From: an uncultured Holophagales bacterium
GTDB lineage: Bacteria; Acidobacteriota; Thermoanaerobaculia; Multivoradales; UBA5704
Direction of reading: 5' to 3'
Assembly: GCA_963842525.1 (NCBI GenBank)
Contig: CAWJGT010000003.1
Coordinates: forward strand, 1,024,001 to 1,088,000
Length of the DNA: 64,000 nucleotides
Notes under the pieces: generated by a model
Seen by the model: the letters and a program-made list of their open reading frames with translations, nothing else
Database searches by the model: none
What the model was told of the DNA's origin: nothing
In this document: one piece after another, positions 50,254-59,474 of the stretch
Layout of the letters: each line of letters opens with the position of its first letter
Position numbering within the stretch: position 1 is the stretch's first letter
Made by a program: the position numbers and the translations under genes

Positions 50254-51834
50254 ATGCGCGGACTCAGACCGTCGCGGTGGCCTGTTCTATGGCTGTTTGC
50301 GGTGCTCTTCGTTGCCGGCTCGGCTCATGCCGAGGATCTCTTCCGCATTGAGGGAGGACCGCTCAGCCGGGGCAGCTTCCATGACCACGACGCCATCGTC
50401 GAGGCGCGTGCCATTCAAATCGACGGATCGCAGCTTGCGGCGGGGCAGGAGACGGTCCGCTTCGAGCTGTTCAAGGGGACCCGCTACGAGGTGGTGTTGA
50501 GCGGCCTCGAACGCCGCGGGCCGTTCGACGTCACCTGGCGCGGCTGGCTGGGCCCGGCGGGCGGAGACCGCGTGGTGCTCACCTTCCAGGATTCCCATGT
50601 CGCGGGAATGGTGTTCTCTCCCGAAGGCGTCTTCGAGATCGCTCCGCTGGCCGGCGGCGGGCACCGGCTTGCCAGGATCGACCAGTCCAGGTTCCCGCCG
50701 TGCGGGGGCGACCCCACGCCGCCAGGTGACCAGTCGCTCTCCAGCGACGCAGCCCCTGCCGCAGCCCTGGACTCCGCAGATCAGATCGACGTGCTGATCG
50801 CCTACACCCCGCAGGCACGCACCGGGGCCGGCGGCACTGCTGCCATCCGGACGACCGCCCAGAACGCTATGGACATGGCGAACACCGCGTTCATCGACAG
50901 CGGCATGGTGGCGCGCTTCGTGCTCGTCTCGACGATGCTGGCAAACCGGAACGACTCGGGCAACATCTCGGCGGATCTGAGCTGGCTCACGACGGACCCC
51001 GCGATCGCGGCGGCCCGCGATGTGGTTCGCGCCGACATGGTCAGTCTGCTCGTGGAGAACGGCGCAGGGGCTTGCGGGGTCGGCTGGGTCATGAGAAACC
51101 CTGGCGCCTCGTTCGCAAGCAACGCCTTTCAGGTGACGGCACGGTCCTGCGCCGTGGGCAACCTCAGCTATGCCCATGAGCACGGCCACAATATGGGCAT
51201 GGAGCACAACCCGGAGAATGGCGTTTCACCGAGCAGTGCCGCCTCCTACCCCTGGTCATTCGGCCACTATGTCAATGGCGTGTTCCGTACGGTGATGTCC
51301 TACGTGGACCCGTGCCCCAGTGGCTGCACCCGCGTCGCCCGCTTTTCCAACCCCAACCTCACCTTTGCCGGATTCCCGACCGGGATCGCCGATCAGCGGG
51401 ATAACCACCGCACCGGTGACCTCACGGCTCCGATCGTCGCCAATTTCAGGCAGCGCACGCTGGGTGGCTTCTTCACGCTCACGCCTTGCCGATTGCTGGA
51501 TACCCGGCAGGTGGGGCAGGGGCCGGCGTTGATCTCAGGCGTTCCACGGACACTCACCACGGTTGGGCAATGTGGCATTCCGGCGACGGCCGCGGCTCTG
51601 GCCGTCAACGTGACGGTGACGGGGCCGGCGGGCACCGGCTCCCTGGCGTTCCAGCCCGGGAACCCCTCGCCGGCCACAACGACCACGATCAACTTCGCGA
51701 CCGGTCAGACGCGTGCCAACAACACCGTCCTGGCCTTGGGAGCCCCAGGCACCGGGACCTTCACGATCCAACCCACTGTGCAGGGCGGCGGCACGGTGCA
51801 CGTGATCGTGGACGTGTTCGGATACTTCGACTGA
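50254..51834 (+). CDS. Secreted reprolysin-like (M12B) zinc metalloprotease with C-terminal PCR..DTR domain
   Basis: Signal peptide; HEHGHNMGMEH; RTVMSY; FSNP; TLTPCRLLDTR...DVFGYF. Confidence 0.9.
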   Translation: MRGLRPSRWPVLWLFAVLFVAGSAHAEDLFRIEGGPLSRGSFHDHDAIVEARAIQIDGSQLAAGQETVRFELFKGTRYEVVLSGLERRGPFDVTWRGWLGPAGGDRVVLTFQDSHVAGMVFSPEGVFEIAPLAGGGHRLARIDQSRFPPCGGDPTPPGDQSLSSDAAPAAALDSADQIDVLIAYTPQARTGAGGTAAIRTTAQNAMDMANTAFIDSGMVARFVLVSTMLANRNDSGNISADLSWLTTDPAIAAARDVVRADMVSLLVENGAGACGVGWVMRNPGASFASNAFQVTARSCAVGNLSYAHEHGHNMGMEHNPENGVSPSSAASYPWSFGHYVNGVFRTVMSYVDPCPSGCTRVARFSNPNLTFAGFPTGIADQRDNHRTGDLTAPIVANFRQRTLGGFFTLTPCRLLDTRQVGQGPALISGVPRTLTTVGQCGIPATAAALAVNVTVTGPAGTGSLAFQPGNPSPATTTTINFATGQTRANNTVLALGAPGTGTFTIQPTVQGGGTVHVIVDVFGYFD

Positions 51835-51908
51835 GGGCTGGCTTGCTCGGCGGCTCGCGGGCATCCCCGGGCCGCCGTGTGCTGGAACCTCCCGTAGGAT
51901 AGAGGGCC

Positions 51909-53384
51909 ATGGCCCGCCCCGATGCCAACCTCGCCGAGAAGCGGCGCATCCTCCAGCTCGAGACTCTGTACGACCTGGCGATCGCGTTCCACGCGCAACG
52001 GCCGGAACAGGAGCTGGTCGACGAGCTGCTGCTGCGGGTCTGCGCCGTGCTCGACCCGGCCGCGGCGGTGGCGGCCACCCGCGACGCCTATGGCGGGGTG
52101 CGGGCGATGGCGACGGTCGGCTGGCTCGAGGACCCTCCCACCGGCGAGGCCCTCCTCAATGCCCCGATCTGGCGCGAGCTGCTCGTCGAAGGGCACACCC
52201 TCTCGCGCTCGCGTGGCGAGCTCGGCGGCCGGCCCTACGAGCAGCTCCTCGCGGCGCCTCTCGCCTACCGCGGGGTCTTCCTCGGCTATATCGCCGTGCT
52301 CGACAAGGAGGTCCGCGGCGACGCCAATTCCGCCTTCACCCCGGACGACCGGCGGTTCCTCGACTCGGTCGCGGCACTGACCGGCGTGGCCCTGGACGCC
52401 GCCCGCCAGGTGGAGCGCCTGGAGACCCAGCGCGAGCGGCTGGAGGAGGAGAACAAGGCCCTGAAGGGACGCTTTGCCGGCGAGGTCGCGGGGCGCCGCA
52501 TCGTGGCCCACGATCCGGCCATGCGGCGGGTGCTCGACCTCGCCGAGCGGGTGGCGCCGCGCGGCGTCAACGTCCTGGTGCGGGGGGAGAGCGGCACCGG
52601 CAAGGAGCTGATCGCCAAGCTCCTCCACCACCTGTCCGGCCGCGAGGGGGCGCTCATCGCCGTCAATTGTGCGGCATTGCCTGAGTCGCTCCTCGAAAGC
52701 GAGCTCTTCGGCATCGAGGGCGGGGTCGCCACCGGCGTCCAGGCGCGGCCGGGCAAGTTCGAGCTGGCCGACCGCGGCACCCTCTTCCTGGACGAGATCG
52801 GCGACATGCAGACCTCCCTCCAGGTCAGGCTCCTGCGCACGCTCCAGGAGCGCGAGGTGACCCGCGTCGGCGGCCGGCGGCCGATCCCGGTCGACGTCCG
52901 GCTGGTGGCCGCGACCCACCAGGACCTCGAGACCCTGGTCGCCGAGGCGCGGTTTCGCGAGGATCTCTATTACCGCCTGAAGGGGGTGGAGATCGACCTG
53001 CCGCCGCTGCGCGAGCGCCGGCAGGACATCCCGCACCTGGTGCGCTTCTTCACCGAGGAGTTCTGCCGCCGGGAGGGGATCCCGGTGCCGCAGATCCGTT
53101 CCGAGGCCCTGGCGCTCCTCCTGGGCCACGATTTCCCGGGGAACGTCCGCGAGCTCCAGAACCTGGTGGAGGGAGCGGTCTCCCTCGCCGAGAAGGAGGT
53201 CGACGCCGGCCTGGTCCGCTCGCTCCTCGGCACTCCGTCCCAGACCTCGCCCGAGCCGCTCGATCTGGAGGCCATGGAGAGGCGCCACATCCAGCGCATC
53301 CTCAAGCTCACCGCCGGCAACAAGAGCGAGGCCGCCAAGATCCTCGGCGTCGACCGCAAGACTTTGCAGCGCAAGGGGTTCTAA
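51909..53384 (+). CDS. GAF + AAA+ sigma54-dependent activator (Fis HTH)
   Basis: GESGTGKE, ESELFG, GVATGV loop, FLDEIGD, FPGNVREL, C-terminal HTH. Confidence 0.93.
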   Translation: MARPDANLAEKRRILQLETLYDLAIAFHAQRPEQELVDELLLRVCAVLDPAAAVAATRDAYGGVRAMATVGWLEDPPTGEALLNAPIWRELLVEGHTLSRSRGELGGRPYEQLLAAPLAYRGVFLGYIAVLDKEVRGDANSAFTPDDRRFLDSVAALTGVALDAARQVERLETQRERLEEENKALKGRFAGEVAGRRIVAHDPAMRRVLDLAERVAPRGVNVLVRGESGTGKELIAKLLHHLSGREGALIAVNCAALPESLLESELFGIEGGVATGVQARPGKFELADRGTLFLDEIGDMQTSLQVRLLRTLQEREVTRVGGRRPIPVDVRLVAATHQDLETLVAEARFREDLYYRLKGVEIDLPPLRERRQDIPHLVRFFTEEFCRREGIPVPQIRSEALALLLGHDFPGNVRELQNLVEGAVSLAEKEVDAGLVRSLLGTPSQTSPEPLDLEAMERRHIQRILKLTAGNKSEAAKILGVDRKTLQRKGF

Positions 53385-53455
53385 GGAGTGAGGGTTGTCC
53401 TCACTCCTGTCCTTTCCGTCTGAAAAAGAAGGGCAGTTTTGAAAGGAGATTCGAG

Positions 53456-53662
53456 ATGAAGAGAAAGCTTGGACTCGGATTGTTCGCCCTGATCCTGGCC
53501 GTTCTGGCCTCACTTCCCGTAGCAGCTCTCCCGACGGCCTGCAGTTGCGACCTCTGCACGAACGCACAACCCAACGCCAGGTGCACCTACTACGGTCAGG
53601 TGTGGACCTGCGACGACTACGAGTACTATATCTGCTACCTGCAGGGCGCAAATCCGACGTGA
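53456..53662 (+). CDS. Secreted Cys-rich small protein
   Basis: AAGGAG RBS; signal peptide; 6 Cys in the mature part. Confidence 0.75.
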   Translation: MKRKLGLGLFALILAVLASLPVAALPTACSCDLCTNAQPNARCTYYGQVWTCDDYEYYICYLQGANPT

Positions 53663-53677
53663 CGTTCACAGCAGGCT

Positions 53678-53716
53678 GGAGATGGGGACGGGGCGAAACA
53701 CCGTCTCCCATCTTCC
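53678..53716. terminator. Hairpin between convergent small genes
   Basis: GGAGATGGGGACGG...CCGTCTCCCATCTTCC. Confidence 0.6.
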
Positions 53717-53719
53717 CCC

Positions 53720-53974
53720 TCAGCAGTTCGGGCAGCCGTTGACGAAGACGTAGTACGGGGTCTCCTCACCCCAGCAGTAGTAGCAGCTTTCGTATCCCAC
53801 GAGCACGGAGTGGGCCCCGTTGTTGTAGTAGTAGATCTCGACCCACTGCCCGTAGGTGCAGTTGCAGGACACGGGCTGCGCCTCCACCGTCCTCGCGGCG
53901 AGGACGGCCACCGCCAGCACGGCAGCCAGGGCCACCTGACGGAACATCCGACCGCTCTTCCTCAGTCCAGACAT
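53720..53974 (-). CDS. Secreted Cys/Tyr-rich small protein (DUF6289-like)
   Basis: AAGGAGG RBS; signal peptide; YYY..VG...C..CWGEETPYY. Confidence 0.72.
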   Translation of the reverse strand: MSGLRKSGRMFRQVALAAVLAVAVLAARTVEAQPVSCNCTYGQWVEIYYYNNGAHSVLVGYESCYYCWGEETPYYVFVNGCPNC

Positions 53975-54263
53975 GTGCTTTTCCTCCTTGGGGGTTCATC
54001 GATCCGCCCGGCATGTTGTAGCACGTGCGGAGAAGGTCCGAAATACTTGCGGCAATATGCCCCATACGGGACATTTCACCCCATGCCCCTCTGGAACCGA
54101 GGCGGATTGGGCGTTTCCCCAGAGTGTTCGGTACGAGATGGAGCCGGCTTGGGGCATTTTGTCGCGACACGGGGTGCGGCAGTCTGTCCCCCTTTTTGGA
54201 GACGACGTCGTAAGTCTATACAGACGAGGGAGTTAGCGATATCCTCGCGGGCGGACCCGGAGC

Positions 54264-54279
54264 TGGCAACGGGCTTGCG
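54264..54279 (+). promoter_or_regulatory. sigma54 -24/-12 promoter with upstream UAS-like palindromes
   Basis: TGGCAACGGGCTTGCG (GG-N10-GC); related imperfect palindromes at 54048, 54150, 54175. Confidence 0.6.
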
Positions 54280-54310
54280 ATAAGGGAGGGCGAGGATGAG
54301 GAGAAAACCG

Positions 54311-54466
54311 ATGCTAGACTCCGTTCGCAAGCACGTCGCCGTTCCCTACATTCCGGGGAGGGTATTGCTATCCGCCGCCACGATCGCCAGCTTTGGTTGG
54401 CTGCTGGCGCACGACATGATTCATCCTCTCGTGATCTACGCGCTGCAGCTCTTCCTGGTCTTCTGA
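54311..54466 (+). CDS. Small hydrophobic protein (51 aa), absent from the ORF track
   Basis: AGGAG RBS; MLDSVRKHVAVPYIPGRVLLSAATIASFGWLLAHDMIHPLVIYALQLFLVF. Confidence 0.6.
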   Translation: MLDSVRKHVAVPYIPGRVLLSAATIASFGWLLAHDMIHPLVIYALQLFLVF

Positions 54467-54504
54467 GCGACCCGAACCACTGCGCGCGTGGACCGAAAGG
54501 ACCA

Positions 54505-54939
54505 ATGGCTGGTGATGCCGTGCTGAGGGAGGTCACACTGGCGCTCCCGATGGTGGCCGACATGGAGATCGAGGCCAGTAAGACTGCGACCGCGATCGCC
54601 GAGTCGATGAGGATGAGTCCGGATAGAATTGACGAGGTCCGGATGGCGGTGGTGGAGGCATGCATCAACGCGCTCGAGCACAGCCACTCCTCCGATCCGG
54701 AGGTTTTCGTGACTTTCGAGGTCCTGGGCGAGAAGGACCCGGAGAAGCTGCGCATCACGGTGCGGGACAACGGCGTCGGCTTCGCCATGGATGCCGTGGA
54801 GGAGCCGGCGATCGGTGCCAAGTCAAAGGCGCCGCGCAAGCGGGGATGGGGCTTGAAGATCATCCGTGGGCTCATGGACGAGGTGGAGATCCGCTCCGGC
54901 TCCGAAGGTACGACCGTGGTGATGAGCAAGTTGCGCTGA
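54505..54939 (+). CDS. RsbW-like anti-sigma factor / Ser kinase
   Basis: EACINALEH, VRDNGVGF, RGWGLKII..MDEV. Confidence 0.92.
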   Translation: MAGDAVLREVTLALPMVADMEIEASKTATAIAESMRMSPDRIDEVRMAVVEACINALEHSHSSDPEVFVTFEVLGEKDPEKLRITVRDNGVGFAMDAVEEPAIGAKSKAPRKRGWGLKIIRGLMDEVEIRSGSEGTTVVMSKLR

Positions 54940-54957
54940 AAGCGGGGGCGAGCTGAG

Positions 54958-55308
54958 ATGACCGAGAGCCTGAACGTGACCGTGGACCGCCGCGACGGCC
55001 TGGCGGTCATCTACACGGAGGGGTATATCAACAACCAGGGCGGGGAGGAGATCGCCCGGGCGGCCTACAAGCTCGTCGACGAGGGCTACAAGACGCTCCT
55101 GCTCAACCTCGGGGGCACCAAGATCGTCAACTCCATCGGCATCTCGATCCTCATCGAGATCATCGAGAAGATGCTGGAGATCGAGGGACGCCTGGGCTTC
55201 TGCTGCCTGACGCCGACCATCGAGAAGACCTTCCACATCATGGGCCTGGCGCAGTATGCGCCCATCTTCCCTGACGAAGACACCGCCGTCGCCCAGCTCC
55301 GGTCCTGA
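54958..55308 (+). CDS. RsbV-like STAS anti-anti-sigma factor
   Basis: LNLGGTKIVNSIGISIL. Confidence 0.9.
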   Translation: MTESLNVTVDRRDGLAVIYTEGYINNQGGEEIARAAYKLVDEGYKTLLLNLGGTKIVNSIGISILIEIIEKMLEIEGRLGFCCLTPTIEKTFHIMGLAQYAPIFPDEDTAVAQLRS

Positions 55309-56923
55309 GGCCGGCGGCGGGCGCGGCGACCGCAGCGACCCCGAAGCGCCCTGGCGCGAGCTGCTGGAGCTCGCCCGCGACGAGTCGGGCGACCGGCTCC
55401 TGATCGAGCGGGCGCTCGACCTCTGGCGGCGGGAGCACCATGCCGAGGCCGCGGCCGTCTACCTGGAGAGGGACGGCGTGCTCGAGCAGGAGGCCGCGGC
55501 CGGCGCCCGTCTCCCCGCGCGGTTCGACGCGGCGGCCCTCGAGCGCGGCGAGCTGTCTCTGGGCAGCCTCGCGCTGTCCGGAGGCTGGCTGCTCTACGCT
55601 CCCGCGGACGCCGTCCCTCCGGACCTCGCCAGAGAGGGTCCCTTTTCCGTGCTCCTCGCGTCGGCCCTCAAGGGGTGCCGCCTCAAGCAGGTCCTGAAGG
55701 AGCAGCAGTTCCAGGTCAACTACCGGGTGGTGGAGCTGGAGGCCCTCTACGACGTCGGCCTCGCGGTGGCCGCCGCGGCGACGCTCGACCTGCAGCGGCT
55801 CTCGGAGGAGATCCTGCTCCACGCCGTCTCGCTGCTCGATGCCCGGCGCGGCGCGCTCTACATCCTGGAGGACGGGCGCTACCGCCTCGACCGGACCCTG
55901 GGCGGCGAGGCCGGCCTCTGGTTCGCGTCCGACGACCCCTCGCTGGCGGCGTTCCTCGCCGGCGGCTCCGCGCCCCCGGCCGACCTCCTCCCCGGTGCGC
56001 GGTTCCTGCTGGGCGTCTCGATCGAGCTCGAGAAGAACCGGCGCGGCATGCTGGTCGTGGGCGACAAGGAGAGCCGCCGCGGCGTCGGCCCCTTCCCGCC
56101 CGGCGATCTGCGGACCCTGGGCCTGTTCGCCAACCAGGCGGCCATCGCCCTGGAGAACGTGCGCCTCCACCTGCGCGCCCTCGAGCAGGAGCGCCTGGAG
56201 CGCGAGATGCACGTCGCGGCCGAGATCCAGCGCCAGATCCTGCCCAAGGGCGCGCCCCAGGTGCCCGGCTTCCAGCTTATCGGCTGGAACCGGCCGGCCC
56301 GCGAGGTGGGCGGCGACTACTACGACATGTTCCCGACCCGGGACGGCCGCATGGGCCTGCTGGTCGGAGACGTCTCGGGCAAGGGCATCCCGGCCGCCCT
56401 GATGGTCTCGATCCTGCACTCGGCCCTGCGGCTGCTGGTGGAGCAGATCGGCGCCGGCGCCGGGCTGCTGGCCCGCCTGAACCGGCACATCCAGGAGTCG
56501 AGCACCCCGAACAAGTTCATCACCATGCTCCTCGGCGAGCTCGACCCCGGGACCGGCCGCCTCCGCTACGTCAACGCCGGTCACAACCCCGGGCTGCTCC
56601 TGCGCCGCGACGGCCGGGTGGAGGAGCTGGGTGCGACCGGCGTGCCGCTCGGCCTCCTGACCGGCAGCCGTTATACGGAACGCGAGGTCACGGTCGAGCC
56701 CGGAGACCTCCTCTGCGTCTACAGCGACGGCATCACCGAGGCCGAGTCGGTCACGGACGACGAATTTGGCACCGAGCGCCTCATCGAGCTGCTGCGCGCC
56801 CACCACGACGACGCTCCCCTCGACGAGCTCCTGGAGTCGATCCAGAGTGCGGTCGGCGACTTCAGCCAGGGCCGGCCGCAGTACGACGACCAGACGCTGT
56901 TGCTGCTGCGGCGGCTGGGGTGA
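55256..56923 (+). CDS. GAF + SpoIIE/RsbU PP2C phosphatase; start uncertain
   Basis: VGGDYYD, DVSGKG, NAGH, YSDGITE, DDQT. Confidence 0.92.
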   Translation: MRPSSLTKTPPSPSSGPEAGGGRGDRSDPEAPWRELLELARDESGDRLLIERALDLWRREHHAEAAAVYLERDGVLEQEAAAGARLPARFDAAALERGELSLGSLALSGGWLLYAPADAVPPDLAREGPFSVLLASALKGCRLKQVLKEQQFQVNYRVVELEALYDVGLAVAAAATLDLQRLSEEILLHAVSLLDARRGALYILEDGRYRLDRTLGGEAGLWFASDDPSLAAFLAGGSAPPADLLPGARFLLGVSIELEKNRRGMLVVGDKESRRGVGPFPPGDLRTLGLFANQAAIALENVRLHLRALEQERLEREMHVAAEIQRQILPKGAPQVPGFQLIGWNRPAREVGGDYYDMFPTRDGRMGLLVGDVSGKGIPAALMVSILHSALRLLVEQIGAGAGLLARLNRHIQESSTPNKFITMLLGELDPGTGRLRYVNAGHNPGLLLRRDGRVEELGATGVPLGLLTGSRYTEREVTVEPGDLLCVYSDGITEAESVTDDEFGTERLIELLRAHHDDAPLDELLESIQSAVGDFSQGRPQYDDQTLLLLRRLG

Positions 56924-56950
56924 CTGCCAGGGAACTGCCCCTCCTGCCCA

Positions 56951-56972
56951 GCCTGGGGTTTCAACCCCAGGC
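56951..56972. repeat. REP-like palindrome GCCTGGGGTTTCAACCCCAGGC
   Basis: Perfect 10-bp inverted repeat in an intergenic gap. Confidence 0.5.
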
Positions 56973-56987
56973 ATGTACAATCCCCGC

Positions 56988-58031
56988 ATGAACCGTCGGA
57001 CCCTGCTCCCTGCTTTCCTGCTGCTCTCCGTCTCCCTGGCCGCCGCGGCCCAGCCCCCCTTGGACGACGGCCGGGCCCATGTGGTCCTGCGCCGCGCCGA
57101 AGCGCCCGCGGCTCCAGATACTCCGAAGTGGTCTCTCGCCATCCATGGCGGCGCGGGGACGATCCCGAAGAGCCTGCCCGAGGCCGAGAAGCAGCAGTAC
57201 CTCGCCTCGCTCGAAAAGGCGCTCGCGATCGGCCGCGACGCGCTGGCCGGAGGCGGGACCAGCCTCGACGCGGTCGAGAAGGTCGTCCGTTTCCTGGAGG
57301 ACGATCCGCTCTTCAACGCCGCCAAGGGAGCGGTCTTCACCCACGACGGGACCAACGAGCTGGACGCCGCGATCATGGACGGCCGCGATCTCTCGGCCGG
57401 CGCGGTCGCGGGTTTGAAGACGGTCAAGAACCCCGTCTCGCTCGCCCGGCTGGTCATGGAGCGCTCCCCCCACGTCTTCCTGGTAGGGGAGGGGGCCGAG
57501 GCCTTCGCCGCCGAGATGAAGGTCGAGCGGGTCGACCCGAAGTACTTCTTCACCCAGCGCCGCTGGGACCAGTTGCAGGCAGCTCTCAAGAAGGAGAAGG
57601 AGGAGGCGGCCGCGGAGGAGAAGCCCAAGGGCACTGTGGGCGCGGTGGCCCTCGACCAGCACGGCAACCTCGCCGCCGCCACCTCGACCGGCGGCATGAC
57701 CAACAAGCGCTTCGGCCGTCTGGGGGACGTGCCGGTGATCGGCGCCGGCACCTATGCGAACAACAAGACCTGCGCCATCTCGGGCACCGGCTGGGGCGAG
57801 AAGTTCATCCGCAACACCGTGGCGCACGATATTTCGGCCTTGATGGAGTACGCCGGGCTGACCCTGCAGCAGGCCGCCGACCGGGTGATCCACCAGAAGC
57901 TCCAGCCGGACGACGGCGGCGTCATCGGCGTCGCCCGCGACGGCTCCATCGCGCTGGCCTTCAATTCGGCGGGGATGTACCGCGGCGCTGCGGATTCGAA
58001 CGGCCGGTTCGAGGTCAGGATCTGGGAATAG
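56988..58031 (+). CDS. iaaA: Isoaspartyl peptidase / L-asparaginase (Ntn hydrolase) with signal peptide
   Basis: IHGGAG, LEDDPLFNA, GTVGAVA nucleophile Thr, TSTGG, GAGTYA. Confidence 0.92.
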   Translation: MNRRTLLPAFLLLSVSLAAAAQPPLDDGRAHVVLRRAEAPAAPDTPKWSLAIHGGAGTIPKSLPEAEKQQYLASLEKALAIGRDALAGGGTSLDAVEKVVRFLEDDPLFNAAKGAVFTHDGTNELDAAIMDGRDLSAGAVAGLKTVKNPVSLARLVMERSPHVFLVGEGAEAFAAEMKVERVDPKYFFTQRRWDQLQAALKKEKEEAAAEEKPKGTVGAVALDQHGNLAAATSTGGMTNKRFGRLGDVPVIGAGTYANNKTCAISGTGWGEKFIRNTVAHDISALMEYAGLTLQQAADRVIHQKLQPDDGGVIGVARDGSIALAFNSAGMYRGAADSNGRFEVRIWE

Positions 58032-59386
58032 GGGCCGGGCGCAGGCCGCGGACCTCCGCGAAGGCGAGCCCCGGCGAGGTGGTGGCGCCGAACAGCGGAT
58101 CGCCGGTGGGGATCGACACGGCTTCCCGGCCCACGCCCAGGAGCCGCGCGAGGAGGGCCTGGAGATCGTCCTCCCAGACGAGGTCGGGGAGCGCCGCGCC
58201 GAGCGCCCCGTCCGCGAGGCGCCGGACCCCGCGCGCCACGGCGCGGAAGCGCAGCGTGCCGGGGTCGAAGCCTTCGAGCGCGTCGAGGGCCCCGACCCAC
58301 AGGCCGCCGTCGGCCCGGCCGAGCAGCTCGGTATCTGGGATCCCCAGGTCGCCGGGCAGGACGAAGAGGTGGCTTGCCCGGGCCTCGTCCGGCGCCACCA
58401 GGTGCGGCGTGGCCGGCCGGTCGATCCGTGCGGCGAGCCGATCGTCCACGGCCGGGGTGAGCAGCACGCCGCGGTCCACCAGGTCCACGGGGCGCCGGGC
58501 CGAGCCGAGGAGGTCGAAGGAGAGGGGGACACCCCGCGGATCGGTGCCGTCGTCGCGCAGGCTGAAGGCCGGATGGAACACCGGCGCGCCAAGCTGGTCG
58601 CGCAGGGCGCCGTCGGCAAAGGAGGTGGAGGTGAGGGCCAGGCGGTTCAACAGCTCGATCAGCCGGCCGGACGGCCTCGGGAGAGAGGACGACGGGCACG
58701 GGCCCCTGCGGCGCCTCGGCAGGCTCGGTTGCTTCGTCAGGCGCCTGGTGGCTGCGTGCCCGCGCGAAGACGGCCGTCGCGTCGAGGCGGTCGAGCGAGC
58801 GCGCCACCGCTTCGGCTTGCCCGGCGCCGGGGGTCCGCGAGCAGATCACCGAGATCCAGGCCGACGTCAACACGGCGGTCCGCCGCAGGCCGCGGCTGTT
58901 GGCGACCACGAGAGACCCGTCCGCCCATCCGAGCTGCGCCTGCTCGCTCCGCTCGGCCAGGCGCTGGAGGATCTCCCGGGCCCGCGCGGCGGTCATGCGG
59001 GCAAGCTCCGGATCGGCGAGAGTCTCCCCCGAGGCTTGCGGCGGCAGCGGGTCGGAGGCCCCTGGCGGGAGGAGGGGAGGCGGCGACGGAGCGGTGAGGC
59101 GGGCCTGCGCCAGGGCCTCGCGGATCGCCCTGCCGAGGTCTGCGGGCTCCGCCGAGCCGGCGCGGTGGAGGCCGGTCCGGCCGGACTCCCGCACCCGGAC
59201 CAGCAGCGTCCGCTCCTGCAGGTCGAGGCTGTCCGGCCGGCCCCTGCCGTGGCTCTCCTGGGCCCGGCGGGCGTCCAGCCAGACGATGTCGGTCTCGTCT
59301 GCCGGCGAGTCGGCCAGGGCCCGCTCCAGGCGCGCGACCATCTCCTCGATCGAGGGGGATGAAGCAGAGGGGCGAGACGGCGGCAT
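58015..59386 (-). CDS. TldD/PmbA family protein (frameshift near 58670)
   Basis: N-terminal TldD/PmbA-like segment, VANSRG, PVVLSPEAV, LRDDGTDP..FD..G, LVDRGVL across two ORFs. Confidence 0.75.
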
Positions 59387-59412
59387 GACGCCGCAGTCTA
59401 GCAGCAGGAGAA

Positions 59413-59428
59413 TGGCTTGGACTTTGCA
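59413..59428 (+). promoter_or_regulatory. Possible sigma54 promoter
   Basis: TGGCTTGGACTTTGCA (GG-N10-GC) upstream of the amidohydrolase. Confidence 0.5.
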
Positions 59429-59474
59429 CCCCTAGGCATCGGGACCCGGGGGCTTATATATAGGATGATATGAA

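Noticed and set aside
55238-59362. Long antisense and alternate-frame ORFs (e.g. 55238..57751, 57128..59362, and similar elsewhere)
   Set aside because: Typical high-GC shadow ORFs overlapping well-supported genes
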